From contig OX597838.1 of NCBI GenBank assembly GCA_951406725.2, forward strand, positions 44,888,001 through 44,952,000: a stretch of 64,000 bases of DNA, in the 5' to 3' direction. The DNA comes from Octopus vulgaris (Eukaryota). Under the pieces are notes generated by a model. It was not told where the DNA came from and did no database searches. It was given only the letters and a program-made list of their open reading frames with translations. A program made the position numbers and the translations under genes. Shown in pieces: positions 24,725 to 38,200 of the stretch (position 1 is its first letter; each line of letters begins with the position of its first letter).

Positions 24725-25221
24725 CGGGAGAGTATCACTCTGTTTTAATGTCTTATTAACACACTAACCGTCTCAATTTCTACTCATTATTTGTTTCGTT
24801 GCTACTTGCAACTTCTTCAATAGTTTTGGACTCTGTTTTCACTCTAGTTTTCCAAAAAAAAAATTCTTCAGCACACGATCTCACATAAAGAATCTTGCAA
24901 ACCAGATACAAAAACGGTATATATATACATATATACAGATGAATATGGTACTTAAAGTAAAGGCAACAGAATTTGGTATGGTATTATCCATATTAATCAA
25001 ATGGGGTGATTATAATCAAACTAAGTATTACATCAGCTTTAAAATGTCGAGCAATCTTCAGCCACATTCTATATGTGGCTGAAGATTGTTCGACATATTA
25101 AAATTGATATAATACTTACAGTTTTTAATAAAACTGATGTAATACTTACATTGTTTAATAAAATGAAGTAGCATGAAACGATTGTACTACACTACCTTGG
25201 ATATCTTTGTTGCTTATTTTG

Positions 25222-25263
<42 letters not shown>

Positions 25264-25266
<3 letters not shown>

Positions 25267-25656
25267 CAGTATCGCCCGGCGTTGCTCGGGTTTGTAAGGG
25301 AGATAACTATATAAGGATTTTTAGAGATATAAAGTATAATAGCCATCTCAATATGGATAACCACAAAGGGGGTGTCACTGTAGCTTTTTACGTTCTGAGA
25401 TTTAATAATAAACTTTTAGAGAGTTACTTCCCTTATATATGCCAAAAATGCATTAAAATGGGAAAAATTGATGGTAAATTTTGTTTTAAATCGTAGACCC
25501 ATCGTAGACGCGCGCTAATACCCAGAAGGGCTTGATATGAATCACGACTATAAGATACCCGGTTTTGGTTAAACTGCACCGAAAAATGTGGGAGTAGTTA
25601 GGAATCTAAATCGTAGGAGACAGACTACTCACACAACCTCTCTTTTATATATAAAG

Positions 25657-25657
<1 letters not shown>
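25264..25657 (-). mobile_element. Non-autonomous Helitron
   Basis: Minus strand starts TCTTTATATATAAAAG. Subterminal hairpin CCCGAGCAACGCCGGG (25275-25290) lies ~10 nt before a degenerate CT(A)G end, between A and T. Confidence 0.75.
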
Positions 25658-25742
<85 letters not shown>

Positions 25743-26010
25743 ATGTGTAGGTATATATATAAATGGAACAAAAACACATTGAAACTTGCGGACAGAGAGA
25801 CGACAAAAAGGTAGACAAGAGAAGCATCAATTAGTAGGACAGGCAAAAAAAAAAAAAAAAAATGTGGTTCATTCTTGGCTTTCCTTCATCAGTCAAGTAC
25901 GAGAAGTTACGGACATTTCGGACAGCTGCACTTAAGATGGTTCGATCCCTAAAAAAGTCTAACCTAGGAGCATTAGACACTTTTGTAAGAAGATATATAT
26001 ATATATATAT

Positions 26011-26420
26011 AGGTGCAGAGTGGTTGTGTGGTAAGTAGCTTGTTTACCAACCACATGGTTCCGGGTTCAGTCCCACTACGTGGAACCCTGGGCAACTGTC
26101 TTCTACTGTAGTCTCGGGCTGACCAATGCCTTGTGAGTGGATTTGGTAGACGGAAACCGAAAGAAGCCCGTCGTATATATGTATATATATGTATGTGCGT
26201 GTATGTTTGTGTGTCTGTGTTTGTCCCCCTAGCATTGCTTGACAACCGATGCTGGTGTGTTTATGTCCCCGTCACTTAGCGGTTCAGCAAAAGGGACCGA
26301 TAGAATAAGTACTGGGCTTACAAAGAATAAGTCCCGGAGCCAGTTGTTCGATTAAAGGCGGTGCTCCAGCATGGCCGCAGTCAAATGACTGAAACAAGTA
26401 AAAAGAGAAAAAGAGAAAAG
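26011..26420 (+). mobile_element. SINE family B, full length
   Basis: tRNA-like head with B-box-like GGTTCAGTCCC, internal microsatellite, and 3' end GCATGGCCGCAGTCAAATGACTGAAACAAGTAAAA. Confidence 0.9.
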
Positions 26421-26607
26421 AGAATATATATGCATACATACATATATATACGTGTGTGTGTGTGCGTGTGTGTGTGTGTATATATATATATATTATATAT
26501 ATATATATATATAAATTTACAATTGAGGATAAAATCTTTATAAGAAATAAAATCCGTAAATTTTTCTACTTTGAAAATATTTATTTATATATAATATAAA
26601 TAATATC

Positions 26608-26706
<99 letters not shown>

Positions 26707-26849
26707 TAGATATAGATATAGATAGATATATATAATGTTCATCGAACAGATCCAACCCACAATTTTATGAGTATGGTACTTATTTTCGTCGGTCTCTTTC
26801 CCGGGTCCTAGGTTACGTAAACGCGTATGTATGTATGTATGTATGTATG

Positions 26850-26883
<34 letters not shown>

Positions 26884-27010
26884 TTAGTGTGTGTGTGTCA
26901 TTATTCAGTTTTATTTCTACATTTCCTGCCAACAGGGAAAGAGCCGGTTTCTAATCTAGATCCAAGTCTTCTTCATTGAAATTTCAACATCAATAGGGTA
27001 TTTATTGTAT

Positions 27011-27044
<34 letters not shown>

Positions 27045-27383
27045 TGTATTTATGTATGTATTTATGTAAGTGTGCAGATTTGTACGTTTTGTGTTTTTGT
27101 TTTATGCATATAGCTGCATGTCTAGACATGCTCATCTATACTTAAATAATAAACGATTGCCCATGTATGGATATATGTATGTACGTATGTATGTATCTAT
27201 CTATGTGTGTGAGTGTGTATGTATGAGTGCATACCAGCCAGTTCCACAGCGTGACGTGATGCCTTAGAGCAAGTGTATTCCACTTTAGCCTCGAACCGGT
27301 TAAGGCTTTGCGAGCTAATAGGGTAGGCGGCAGCTGAAAACAAACCAGTCGTATGTATGTGTGTATATATATATGTATATGTG

Positions 27384-27425
<42 letters not shown>

Positions 27426-27707
27426 CGTTGGTGTGTCTGTGTTGTTCCCTGCCCCCCTCCCATCTGTTCACAACCGATGTTGGTGCGTTTACGTCCCCGT
27501 AAATTAATGGTTCAGTAAAATACACCGATACAATATTGTACTAGGCCTACAAAGAATAAGCCCTGGGAGCGATTTGTTCGACTAAAGTCGGTGCTGCAGC
27601 ATGGCCGCAGTCAAAGACTGAAACCTGTAAAGGAATAAAAGAAAAAGATAGTTATTTATACACACACACACACACACACACTCATACACACAGACACACA
27701 TATATAT

Positions 27708-28121
27708 ACTCTTTACCCTTTACTCTTTTACTTGTTTCAGTCATTTGACTGCGACCATGCTGGAGCACCGCCTTTAGTCAAGCAACTCGACCCCGGGACT
27801 TATTCTTTGTAAGCCCAGTACTTATTCTATCGGTCTCTTTTGCCGAACCGCTAAGTGACGGCGACGTAAACACACCAGCATCGGTTGTCAAGCAATGCTA
27901 GGGGGACAAACACAGACACACAAACACACACGCACATATATATACATATATACATATATACGACAGGCTTCTTTCAGTTTCCGTCTACCAAATCCACTCA
28001 CAAGGCATTGGTCTGCCCGGGGCTATAGCAGAAGACACTTGCCCAAGGTGCCACGCAATGGGACTGAACCCGGAACCACGTGGTTGGTTAGCAAGCTACT
28101 TACCAAACAGCCACTCCTGCG

Positions 28122-28122
<1 letters not shown>
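27708..28122 (-). mobile_element. SINE family B, full length; a degenerate plus copy precedes it at ~27235-27640
   Basis: Near-identical reverse complement of 26011-26420. Confidence 0.9.
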
Positions 28123-28204
<82 letters not shown>

Positions 28205-29411
28205 ATTAAAGTTAAATAAGGCAGGTTCATGGTGTTGCCGTAGGCTTCACGTCCATAAAGCTAAGCCCTTTATTAACGTGAAAGCTACGGTAATCTCATA
28301 AACCAGCCTTATTTAACTTATATATATACTACCCTATTATACAGCGTGCTTTTTTTCCGGATTTATGCTTACGGACGATACATATGTGTATGAATGTGTG
28401 TGTGTTGAGGACGTAACTAAGAGAGATTCGAAGCCACGTCGACTCAAGTTGATAATCGATCTAAATGGAGCAGTGTCTATTGCATTCATCTTTGGACTAG
28501 ATGCAACGGTGACCTAAATGCAGTGACCCAGGTGTCCATTCGACCTAAACGCCTCGTCAACAGATATTGCCAGCGTACCATTCTTTCTTTCTTTCTTTCT
28601 TGGTTCAATCCAGCCTTACCTAATTTAAATTATATCTCCATAGTACTTAGAAACCAACTACAAAAGTTGACGAAATCAATTCATATCCCCATCCCATGCC
28701 AAGTCGTGTGTATTTCTGGAATCGATCTGTAGATGAGATGCTCAAAATAGCACTTTACGCAACGTTGCTGTTTTAGTCAGCTATATTTGTATGTTCTTCG
28801 CTTGCACATAGAATTTCTTATTGGCGTCGTCGGTGGAGCGTGGAATAAAATGAGTTGCAGCGACGTTGATTTCTTTTTGTTCTTCATTCATTCTTCCGGC
28901 ACAAGCTGAAGAAACTTGTAGATCAGTCCAAATGTGTTTTTCACATATTCACCAATTTTCACAGCGGTTTACCATATGACAACGGGTGCAAAACACCAAA
29001 GTCCTTTCAAAGCTTCTGCAATGGACTAACAAATGCATTTCGAACTCTTTACTCTCTCATCAGTATTAGATAACAACCAGGGCAACTCTCAAATTGCTGG
29101 AAGCCTTCCCTTCCTGATCGTTCGAATTTAGATTTATCTAAAATTTGGAGTGAAGTTGGAGTGAAGGTGGAGTGAAGCATGACGGTGAAGGTGAAGGTGG
29201 CGACAAACACAGAGACAAAGACATACCCACACATATATATACAAACATATATACGACGGGCTTCTTTCAGTTTCCGTATATCAAATCAAGGCTTTGATCG
29301 GGCCGAGACCATAGTACAAAAAACTTGCTGTAGGTGTCGCTGTGAGACTGAATCCCGAACCATGGGATTAGGAAGCAAGCTTCTTACCACATAGCCATGC
29401 ACGTGCAATTA

Positions 29412-29449
<38 letters not shown>

Positions 29450-29469
29450 CTCGCGTGTATATAAATATA

Positions 29470-30318
29470 CGAGGTCTGATCAATAAGTATCCAGACTGTT
29501 GCCATAGAAACGAAACTAAAGTACGCAGAGCGAAGTCGCTTGACACAAATTGATCTGGAGTTTTGCTGCGCATGCGCACTTCGTTTTAACGTTCTCGCTC
29601 ACTTGTGCTGTTTAGAGCAGTGCCTTCCTAATAATGTGTGCAGCGTGTGATGGTCGCATTGACAACGACGGAGAAAGTTGTCATGGCGATACGTGCTCAG
29701 AGGCCTACGCTAAGTCGCAGAAACTGTATGGAGTAGAGTGTATGAGCCGTACACAAGTGTACGAGTGGTTCAGACGTTCCCAACATGGCCGAATAAATGC
29801 AACCAGCAGAACTAACGAAAACATGTGAGGGAAAATCCTCGAATCACCATTCGTGAGTTATTTGAGGATATGCAGATTAGTTTCGGTTCAGTTCAGTCCA
29901 TTATCAAAGTAGATTTGCGTATGAGACGCATATCTGTTAAGTTTGTGCCAAAACTGCTTTCAGCTGACTGAAATAACATTCGGCTTTCAGTGGCACAGAA
30001 TCTCCTTGATTGTGTCGAGAACGATGAAATCTTTTTGAAAACTTTGCATTTGGCCTCTGAGCAGGTATCTCCTAGCTTTTGGCAAAATTTGATGCAGCTT
30101 CTCTCCTTAACCTTCTCTGTCATGGCCAATGCGACGATCATACGCTACACACCATCCTTCCAGCATTGCTGGAAACACCGGAATTGAGCTAGAATTTTAA
30201 AACTTTGTGCGCATGCTCAGCAGAGTTCAAAGTCAATCTGCGCCAAGCAGCTTCACTCTGCGTGTTTTTCAGCTTCGTTACTGTGACAACAATCCAGGTA
30301 CTTATTGATTAGACCATG
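29470..30318 (+). mobile_element. Mariner deletion derivative with an inverted duplication of its 5' end
   Basis: TA-flanked TIRs CGAGGTCTGATCAATAAGTA / TACTTATTGATTAGACCATG. Transposase remnants GDTCSEAY...YGVECMSRTQVYEWFRR and ENPRITIREL...LRMRRISVKFVPKLL (WVPHEL-equivalent), plus CIKFCQKLGDTCSEA on the minus strand. Confidence 0.88.
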
Positions 30319-30387
30319 TATACATATATATAGGGAGAATTCACAAAAAAAAACAACAACAAAAGACGAAGACAGGTGGTGTAGACA

Positions 30388-30710
30388 TGGCTCAGTGGTT
30401 AGAGCGTTGAACTTACGACCGTGAGGTTGTGAGTTCGAATCCCGGACCGGGCTGCATGTTGTGTTCTTGAGCAGGGCACTTTATTTCACGATGCTCCTGT
30501 TCACTCAGCTGTAGAAATGAGTTGCGATGTCACAGGTGCCAAGCTGTATCAGCCTTTGCTTTTCCCTTGGATAACATCGGTGGAGTGGAGAAGGGAGGCT
30601 GGTATGCATGGACGACTGCTGGTCTTCTATAAACAACCTTGTCCAGACTTGTGCCTCGGAGGGTAACTTTCTAGGTGCAATCCCATGGTAATTCATGACC
30701 AAAGGGGGTC
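30388..30710 (+). mobile_element. SINE family D
   Basis: Colinear with 16664-16993. Confidence 0.88.
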
Positions 30711-30985
30711 TCCGATATATATATATTAGTTAATAAATCGAGCTCAAGACTCAATCTTCGTCAGCCTAGTAATTATTGTATCGGTGTCTATTGCTGAAGC
30801 GCTAAATTACAGGGACGTAAACACACTAACGCCGGTTGTCAAGTGACAAAGGTGGAGACAAGCACGGACACAAAACATACACCCCCCATATATATATACC
30901 TATGACGGGCTTCTTTTAGTTCTGTCTACCAAGACCACTCACAAAGCTTTGGTCGGTCCACGGCTATATTAGATGACACTATATT

Positions 30986-31125
30986 GTCGACTTTGCCTTT
31001 CATCCTTTCGGGGTCGATAAATTAAGTACCAGTTACACACTGGGGTCGATATAATCGACTTAATCCGTTCGTCTGTCCTTGTTTGTCCCGTCTGTGTTTA
31101 GCCCCTTGTGGGTAGTAAAGAAATA
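30986..31125 (+). mobile_element. 5'-truncated Tx1-tailed SINE A nested in a minus-strand SINE B (~30735-31230), 16-bp TSD
   Basis: TATATTAGATGACACT at 30965-30980 and 31126-31141. Confidence 0.92.
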
Positions 31126-31277
31126 TATATTAGATGACACTTGCTCAATGTGCCACACAGCGGAACTGAACCCAGAACCGTGTGTTTGAGAACCGAGCTT
31201 CTTACCACACAGCTATACTTGCACTTATACATATGTACATACACACACACACACACATACACACACACTCACACACA

Positions 31278-31361
<84 letters not shown>

Positions 31362-32071
31362 CTATTGATATTTGATATCAATGAATTTTCATTAGATTAA
31401 ATTTATGGACTGGTTTCCGGTTACATGCCCCTGACTTTTGCGCATTTCATCTGCCAATTATGATTGCTACGGTTACAAGAACTATTACGAAATTCTAGGC
31501 GTTAGGTTGTGTGTTCAAATAGCTTGTTGGTTTATTAGGTCCTTCACACTTCTAGAGGCGGTGGAAGAATATATCAGTTTAATAGCCGAGAAGATATCGA
31601 GTGCTTACTCTCTGAATTATGTAGGATACAGTTATTATTTAGGGACCCGGGGTGACACATTGTCTTAAATGTTGCTAAAGATTAATTATGGTATAAAGGG
31701 GTACCTTTTTTTGTTTTGATGTGGAACCACTGCCACTTTTTATGTTTTATCTTTTTCCTTACAATCATTGGATGGCAGCCAAACTGGAACACTACTTTCA
31801 GGATCTTATTAGTCGAAAAAAGTCGACCCCAGTAGTTCTGACATTTTTAAAGTCTAATATCTTTTGCCGAACCGTTGTGTTACTAGGACTTAGGCATGCG
31901 ATCACCGGTTGTTAAGTGGTATGATAAACACAGACACGGAAGCATACAAACATATCCAGTATGTTAGGTTTGTTTCCATCTGTCCGGAAGTGTTTAGAAT
32001 ATAGTACCCAGTTATGCATTGGGTCCATGTAATTGATTTTTTCTTCCCCTGACAACGTCTGACTTCATGCC

Positions 32072-32463
32072 TACTCTTTTATTTGTTTCAGTCATTTGAC
32101 AGTGGCCATGCTGAAGCACCGCATTAAGTCGAGCAAGTCGACCCCAGGACTTATTCTTTGTAAGCCTAGTACTTATCGGTTTCTTTTGCCGAACCGCTAA
32201 GTTACGAGGACGTAAACACACCAGCGATGTTGGGGGGACAAACACAGACACACAAGCACACACACACATGCACGCACATACACACACACATACATATATA
32301 CGACAGGCTTCTTTCAGTTTCCGTCTACCAAATCCACTCACAAGGCTTTGGTCCACCCGAGGCTATAGTAGAAGACACTTGCCCAAGGTCCATGCAGTGT
32401 GACTGAACCCGGAACCATGTGGTTGGTAAGTAAGCTACTTACCACACAGCCACTCCTACGCCT
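32072..32463 (-). mobile_element. SINE family B
   Basis: Reverse complement of the family B consensus. Confidence 0.88.
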
Positions 32464-33164
32464 ACGTTAAATATTATCAATGACGACCGACTGATAGAAC
32501 AGTTAGAGAGTAAGACAAATATATTTGGTGCTTTTTTAACTACGACTATTTAATTTCTAAGTTACGAGGTTAAATTTACTTTTTGTGTCGATAGAGAAGT
32601 ACTCGTTAAATATGATTGTCCAAAACTTGCCGTCAGATTTTTAGTCTCTGTGTGGAATCTATATGAAACTATGGAATGACAGAATCGTGAAGGCACGTGA
32701 CCTTGTGGCCGGTGCGTTGCCCCCACGTTCGCAGTTCCGAAGCAAACCATTTCATTTTACGTTGTTCTAATTCACTCAGTTATTAATGACTACACCCGCG
32801 ACAAACTGGCTTCCTGCTCCAAAAACTAGGAAACCTGCTCTTTGAATCCTGGAGCACAAAGCAGTTGGGTAACAGAATCAAGACAGTGTTTTTATTCAGA
32901 CAATTATGAGAGGTTGTAAGGCAGTGCTGAGTGCGGTGAAACTTGAAACCTGAGCATCTTTAAACAGATACCACGAAGCCTTCATAATTTTGCAAATGCT
33001 CAAACTATTCTGCCAAATAAAAGTAAAAAAGAAAAATTAATTACTTGAGATAAAATAAAAAGTGAAAGGTCAACAAAGACTGTAGGAGCTGAACACTAGC
33101 AAGGTTGAACGAGCTGGCGCGTTGAAATGCGTGGTGAGTAAAAAAGGTTAAATAGGGGGAAGCG

Positions 33165-33380
33165 ATGAAGGCGGTGGTGATGGTGGTGGTGGTGGTGGTA
33201 GTGGTGGCAATGTGTGGGACTGTACAGGAGGCGAATGTGGCGGCGATGGTGGTGTTTGTGCTGATGGTAGTGTTATTTGTGGTAGGGGCGCTGCTGGTCG
33301 TGGTGCTGTTAATACTTGTGGCGGTAACGAAGATGGGAATGATGATTAGGAGGAGCACGATGATAATGATGTTGATAACG

Positions 33381-33435
<55 letters not shown>

Positions 33436-33724
33436 CTGAGATTGCGATTTTTGTCTCTTTAAATCATCTCAACGGAGTGAGTGATGACAACAAATGATGC
33501 GAGAACGGTGATTGATGACGTTCATGATCAAGTATTGACGGACGAAGCGCGGCACCGATAAACAATGTTATTGCCATTGTTGCTGTTGTTATAATTGCTC
33601 TTCACAACGACAACGAGGTCGATAATGGCGATGGTGTTGATGGTCAGTGTGACGATGATGATGATGACGATGATGATGATGATGATGACGACGATGATGA
33701 TGATGACGATGATGATGATGATGG

Positions 33725-33781
<57 letters not shown>

Positions 33782-33782
33782 C

Positions 33783-33814
<32 letters not shown>

Positions 33815-33818
33815 CGAC

Positions 33819-33869
<51 letters not shown>

Positions 33870-34290
33870 GATGACGATGATGATGATGATGAGGATCACG
33901 ATGATGATGATGATGATGGTGACCATGATGCTGCTGCTGCTGAATATGATGATGATGATGTTATGGAGGATAATTATAATAACGATGATGAAACTGATAG
34001 CAATGTGATGATGTTGAGGAGAGGAGGAGATAGAGGATTACGATGATGAAGGCGATGATGATAATGATGATGTTAATGAAGTACGATCTCCACGATTATG
34101 AGCATAAGGATGATGGCGCTGCTGTCTACCCTTCAGCCAGCACTGATGATGATGATGATGACGACGACAACGATACATACTAGCAACAGCAGCAGCACCT
34201 CCACCTCCACTACTACCACCACCACCACCACCACCATCACCATCATCATCACCAACACCACCACCACAACCATCATCATCATCATTATCA
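33165..34290. repeat. Long degenerate trinucleotide tract: (GGT)n, (ATG/ACG)n, (CAC/CAT)n
   Basis: Direct reading. Confidence 0.9.
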
Positions 34291-34579
34291 TTTGGAAATA
34301 TAAGGATAGAGGATTGCCATAATTGTCTGAATAAATGGTACTGAGGTATCATTTGTTCGTTTGTATTACTTTCTGAGAAGGCGGTTGAACCACTGAAGGT
34401 GGTGATGGGGAGAGGGGGTTGACCCCCTGGTCGTGACTTTGATTGTCGGATCGGATGATAGGTCGTCATCTTGAGCAAAACACACCATTTCAATTGACTC
34501 CTGACAACTCAGCCGTAAATGATTATTTCTACGAAAGAGAGGCATCTTCTTTAGTGGGAATGTTGTACTATCTCTATTT

Positions 34580-35135
34580 GCAGCTCTTTATATCTCGAGA
34601 GTTTCCTCTTGTCTTTTAGAGATACTTTGTCATCTATCGATTAGAAGATACTTTTTTTTTCATGGTGATCCCTGACGACAGTATCTGGCCTATTAGCCTT
34701 GATCTCTCAATCTGTGTGTAGTGGCAGATCCCAGAGTATGTTGGCCTTGTCATTTCCTGAAAACTTGTCGGGATATCCCTACATTATCTTTTTTGCTGGT
34801 AGCATTCCGTAGTGCTGGAACTATACTGGCGTGTCTGTGTATATACTCCTTCTTAACCGGAACTGGGTAGTCAGAAACAAAGTGATGCAATTTTTCTTCC
34901 CCATCACCACATATTCTGCTGGTATTTATTGTACTTTACTTCACTGCGTGTTTTTTGGCCTTTCCTAATGCGGGGATTTTGATCTGATGCTGCATTAAAA
35001 ATCCCTTCAATCTTTGCTTTGAGACCCGAGCATCTCAACAAATATTCGGGTTTTATTTTATCCCAGGATTTCTCATGTAAATGCCCTGAGTTGTCACCGC
35101 TTTATCACGGTGTATTGTAGTTCCAGTTTTAGCCT
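34580..35135 (-). mobile_element. Degraded R4/Dong fragment
   Basis: Homologous to ~5280-5880: GLKAKIEGF..AASDQ, CRICGDG, ILWDLP, IKANRPDTVV on the minus strand. Confidence 0.8.
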
Positions 35136-35140
35136 ATGAG

Positions 35141-35194
<54 letters not shown>

Positions 35195-35216
35195 AATGTA
35201 CGTATGTATGTGTGTA

Positions 35217-35285
<69 letters not shown>

Positions 35286-35286
<1 letters not shown>

Positions 35287-38200
35287 AGGTCACCTTCGAG
35301 GTGCTACTGGTAACATGTAACCCAGTACAACCTGTTACATGGTCGGGTCGTCGGCGACTAAACCGGCAACCCCACCAAGCTTGCTTGGTGAGGAGGGTGT
35401 TTATTGGACACCCTGCGGGATGAAAAACAAAACCCGTCAAAGGGCGGAGGACCTCTTGAGAGTCAACGGCCATCCAATAAATGTTAGCACGGATACGTAG
35501 AAATTCCGGGGTGGTGTCCGGCGTGCTGAAAGACCACTGGGAGTGAGGCGCTCCTCAGCTTTTGTTAAAGCATGTCTCTAGGAGAAGGTCACTCTGATAT
35601 AAAACCAGATATGCAGGGAATGGCATTGAACATTTTGGGGATCTTTGGTTTGTGCTAGAGATCACGGCGCTCCCACATCTCTGAGCCTGCGACTCATATT
35701 GGCACCAGACATCTTGCTCCGGCTTGTCTCTGGATAATGTCAATAGAGTGGAGAGGGTCTATGAGGTGTTGTGCAAGCCTTATTGGACCTAAAACTCTGC
35801 ACAGGCATTGCCGACCTTTTTTTTTATATATTCATCATCTATCTTATTTTTAGTATATATTTTCTTCATTTTTAGTTTGTTTGTTTTTTATTCGGAAGTC
35901 CTGCAGCGATGAGAAGGTGGTGAAGCATGCAGACCTGACGGGTTGGAAGCATGTAGTCAGCGGCCAGCACGTAGGCGGCCCATGCTAGATATAAAGTCAT
36001 CTCCTTGTCGCCCGAGACAGCGGTAGAATTCGATGGCTGCATGGGTGTCTGAGCAGCTCCATTTGGAGAGGGCACTGCTCACCTGGAGACCGGGGAGGTT
36101 CTAGAAAAGGTGAACCAAAAATTGCCTGTCTTTCCATATCTGGTCAGTTTAGCGCGACTGACGGATATCCACCCTGCGCTCGAAAAACAAAGTGTCTTTT
36201 ATCTATAAAATCTGGACGGAACTTAAACATTTCATGTTGGAACGTGCGTACTCTGTTGGACAACATGAGTGATTGCAGGCCTGAAAGACGCACTGCACTT
36301 GTTGCTCGTGAGCTGAACCGTTATAAAATTGATATCGCTGCACTCTCAGAGACTCGTATAGAAGGTGATGGTCAGCTTGAGGAAGTAGGAGGCGGATACA
36401 CCTTTTTTGGAAAGGAAGGCAGAAGGAGGAGCGCAGAGAGGCTGGTGTTGGTTTTGCAGTCCGATCTGATATCCTGAAGAAGTTGGAAGAGCTCCCTGTT
36501 CCTATAAATGAACGTATTATGACCCTACGGTTGCACTTGAAAGGTAAGTGGTTTGCTACTCTAATAAGTGCCTATGCACCTACTTTGACTAGCTGTGATG
36601 AAGATAAAATAATCTTTTATACCCAGCTGAGAGCTATACTTAGAAAAATCCCCAATTCTGATAAAGTCATTCTACTGGGGGATTTTAATGCCAGAGTAGG
36701 AACAGACTGGCAAACATGGAACTCTCTAGGACGTTTTGGAGTAGGGAAAATGAATTGCAATGATCTCATGCTACTGGAGCTTTGCGAAGAACATGGACTT
36801 TACATTGCAAGTACTCATTTTGTGAACAAAGGTGATCACACAACAACATGGATGCATCCAAGGTCCAAAGTTTGGCACTTGCTGGATTACGTCATCATCC
36901 GCAAGCGCGACATTTATGACATTTGTAATGTCAAGTCCTTGCATGGATCAGAATGCTGGACAGACCACAGTCTAGTGCGAGCAAAGTTCCGAATGGTGAT
37001 TAGGGCGAAAGAGAGAAGAGGACCAGTCAGCATTCCTCGCCATCTAAATGTCCACAAGGACATTGTGGTTAGGAAAGAGCTTCAGACTCGCTTGTCCAGC
37101 ATTGAAACTGCTGCAGCATGGGAAGATTTTCGAGACCAGGTTGTTCAATGTGCAGCCGAAACACTGGGGTATGTTACTGCCAAACACAGAGACTGGTTTG
37201 ATGAGAATGATGCTGAAATTCAACGACTATTAGTGGTGAAGCGCCATGCACAGAGAACTGTCTACTGTGCAGCGAAGTCTAGCATTTGCCCACTATAACA
37301 GTGTAAAATCACTACTGCAGCGATCTCTCAGGAAGATGCAGAACACTTGGTGGGAGGATCTTGCCCGTGATGTTCAGGCTGCTGCTGATGCAAATGACAG
37401 CAAGAAGCTTTACCATCTTATGAAGCAAGCTTATGGACCTAAGAGCTCCACATCAGCTCCTTTGCTTTCCAAGGAGTCTTCCACCCTGTTTACTAAATCA
37501 ACAGAAATCACAGGTCGCTGGATCGAACACTTCTCTGAACTCCTAAACCATGAGTCAGTTGTAGATGAAACAGTGATTGATACTATGAAACAAAGACCTA
37601 TCATTGACTCCCTAGACTCCTCGCCATCAATACATGAAGTAATTACATCAATAAGTAAATTAAATCTTAATAGGGCACCTGGAAATGATGGAATTTGTGC
37701 TGAGGTTTTGCGATTTGGTGGTAATTGCATCACGCAGTCCCTTCATGAACTTATTAGTGCAGTCTGGAGGGATGGTGCAATCCCTAAGGACTGGAAGGAT
37801 GCAATTATTCTTCCTCTATATAAAGGAAAAGGAGCCAGAACAATGTGTGGTAACTACAGAGGTATTGCTCTATCAGCTGCTGGCAAGGTTCTGGCAAATA
37901 TTCTTCTTACCCGTCTGAATGGGTGTCTCGTAAATGATGTCCTATCTGAATCTCAATGTGGCTTCCGATCTGGTAGAGGGACAATGGATATGATTTTCAC
38001 AGCAAGACAGATGCAGGAGAAGTGCTATGAGCAGAATATGGTTCTTGTACAGGTATTCATTGATTTGACTAAGACCTTTGATACTGTAAATAGGGCCTTT
38101 CTATGGAAAATACTTGGCAAACTTGGATGTCCGGATCACTTTGTATCTATAATTAAATCATTTCATGATGGGATGGAAGCTTGGGTCAATGTTGGTGGTG

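Noticed and set aside
28740-29180. Possible minus-strand exon after a TTTTAG acceptor near 29138
   Set aside because: All three frames close quickly and no recognisable peptide or donor appears.
33528-34008. Poly-Met and poly-Ile ORFs
   Set aside because: Translations of an (ATG)n microsatellite with no complexity or splice evidence.
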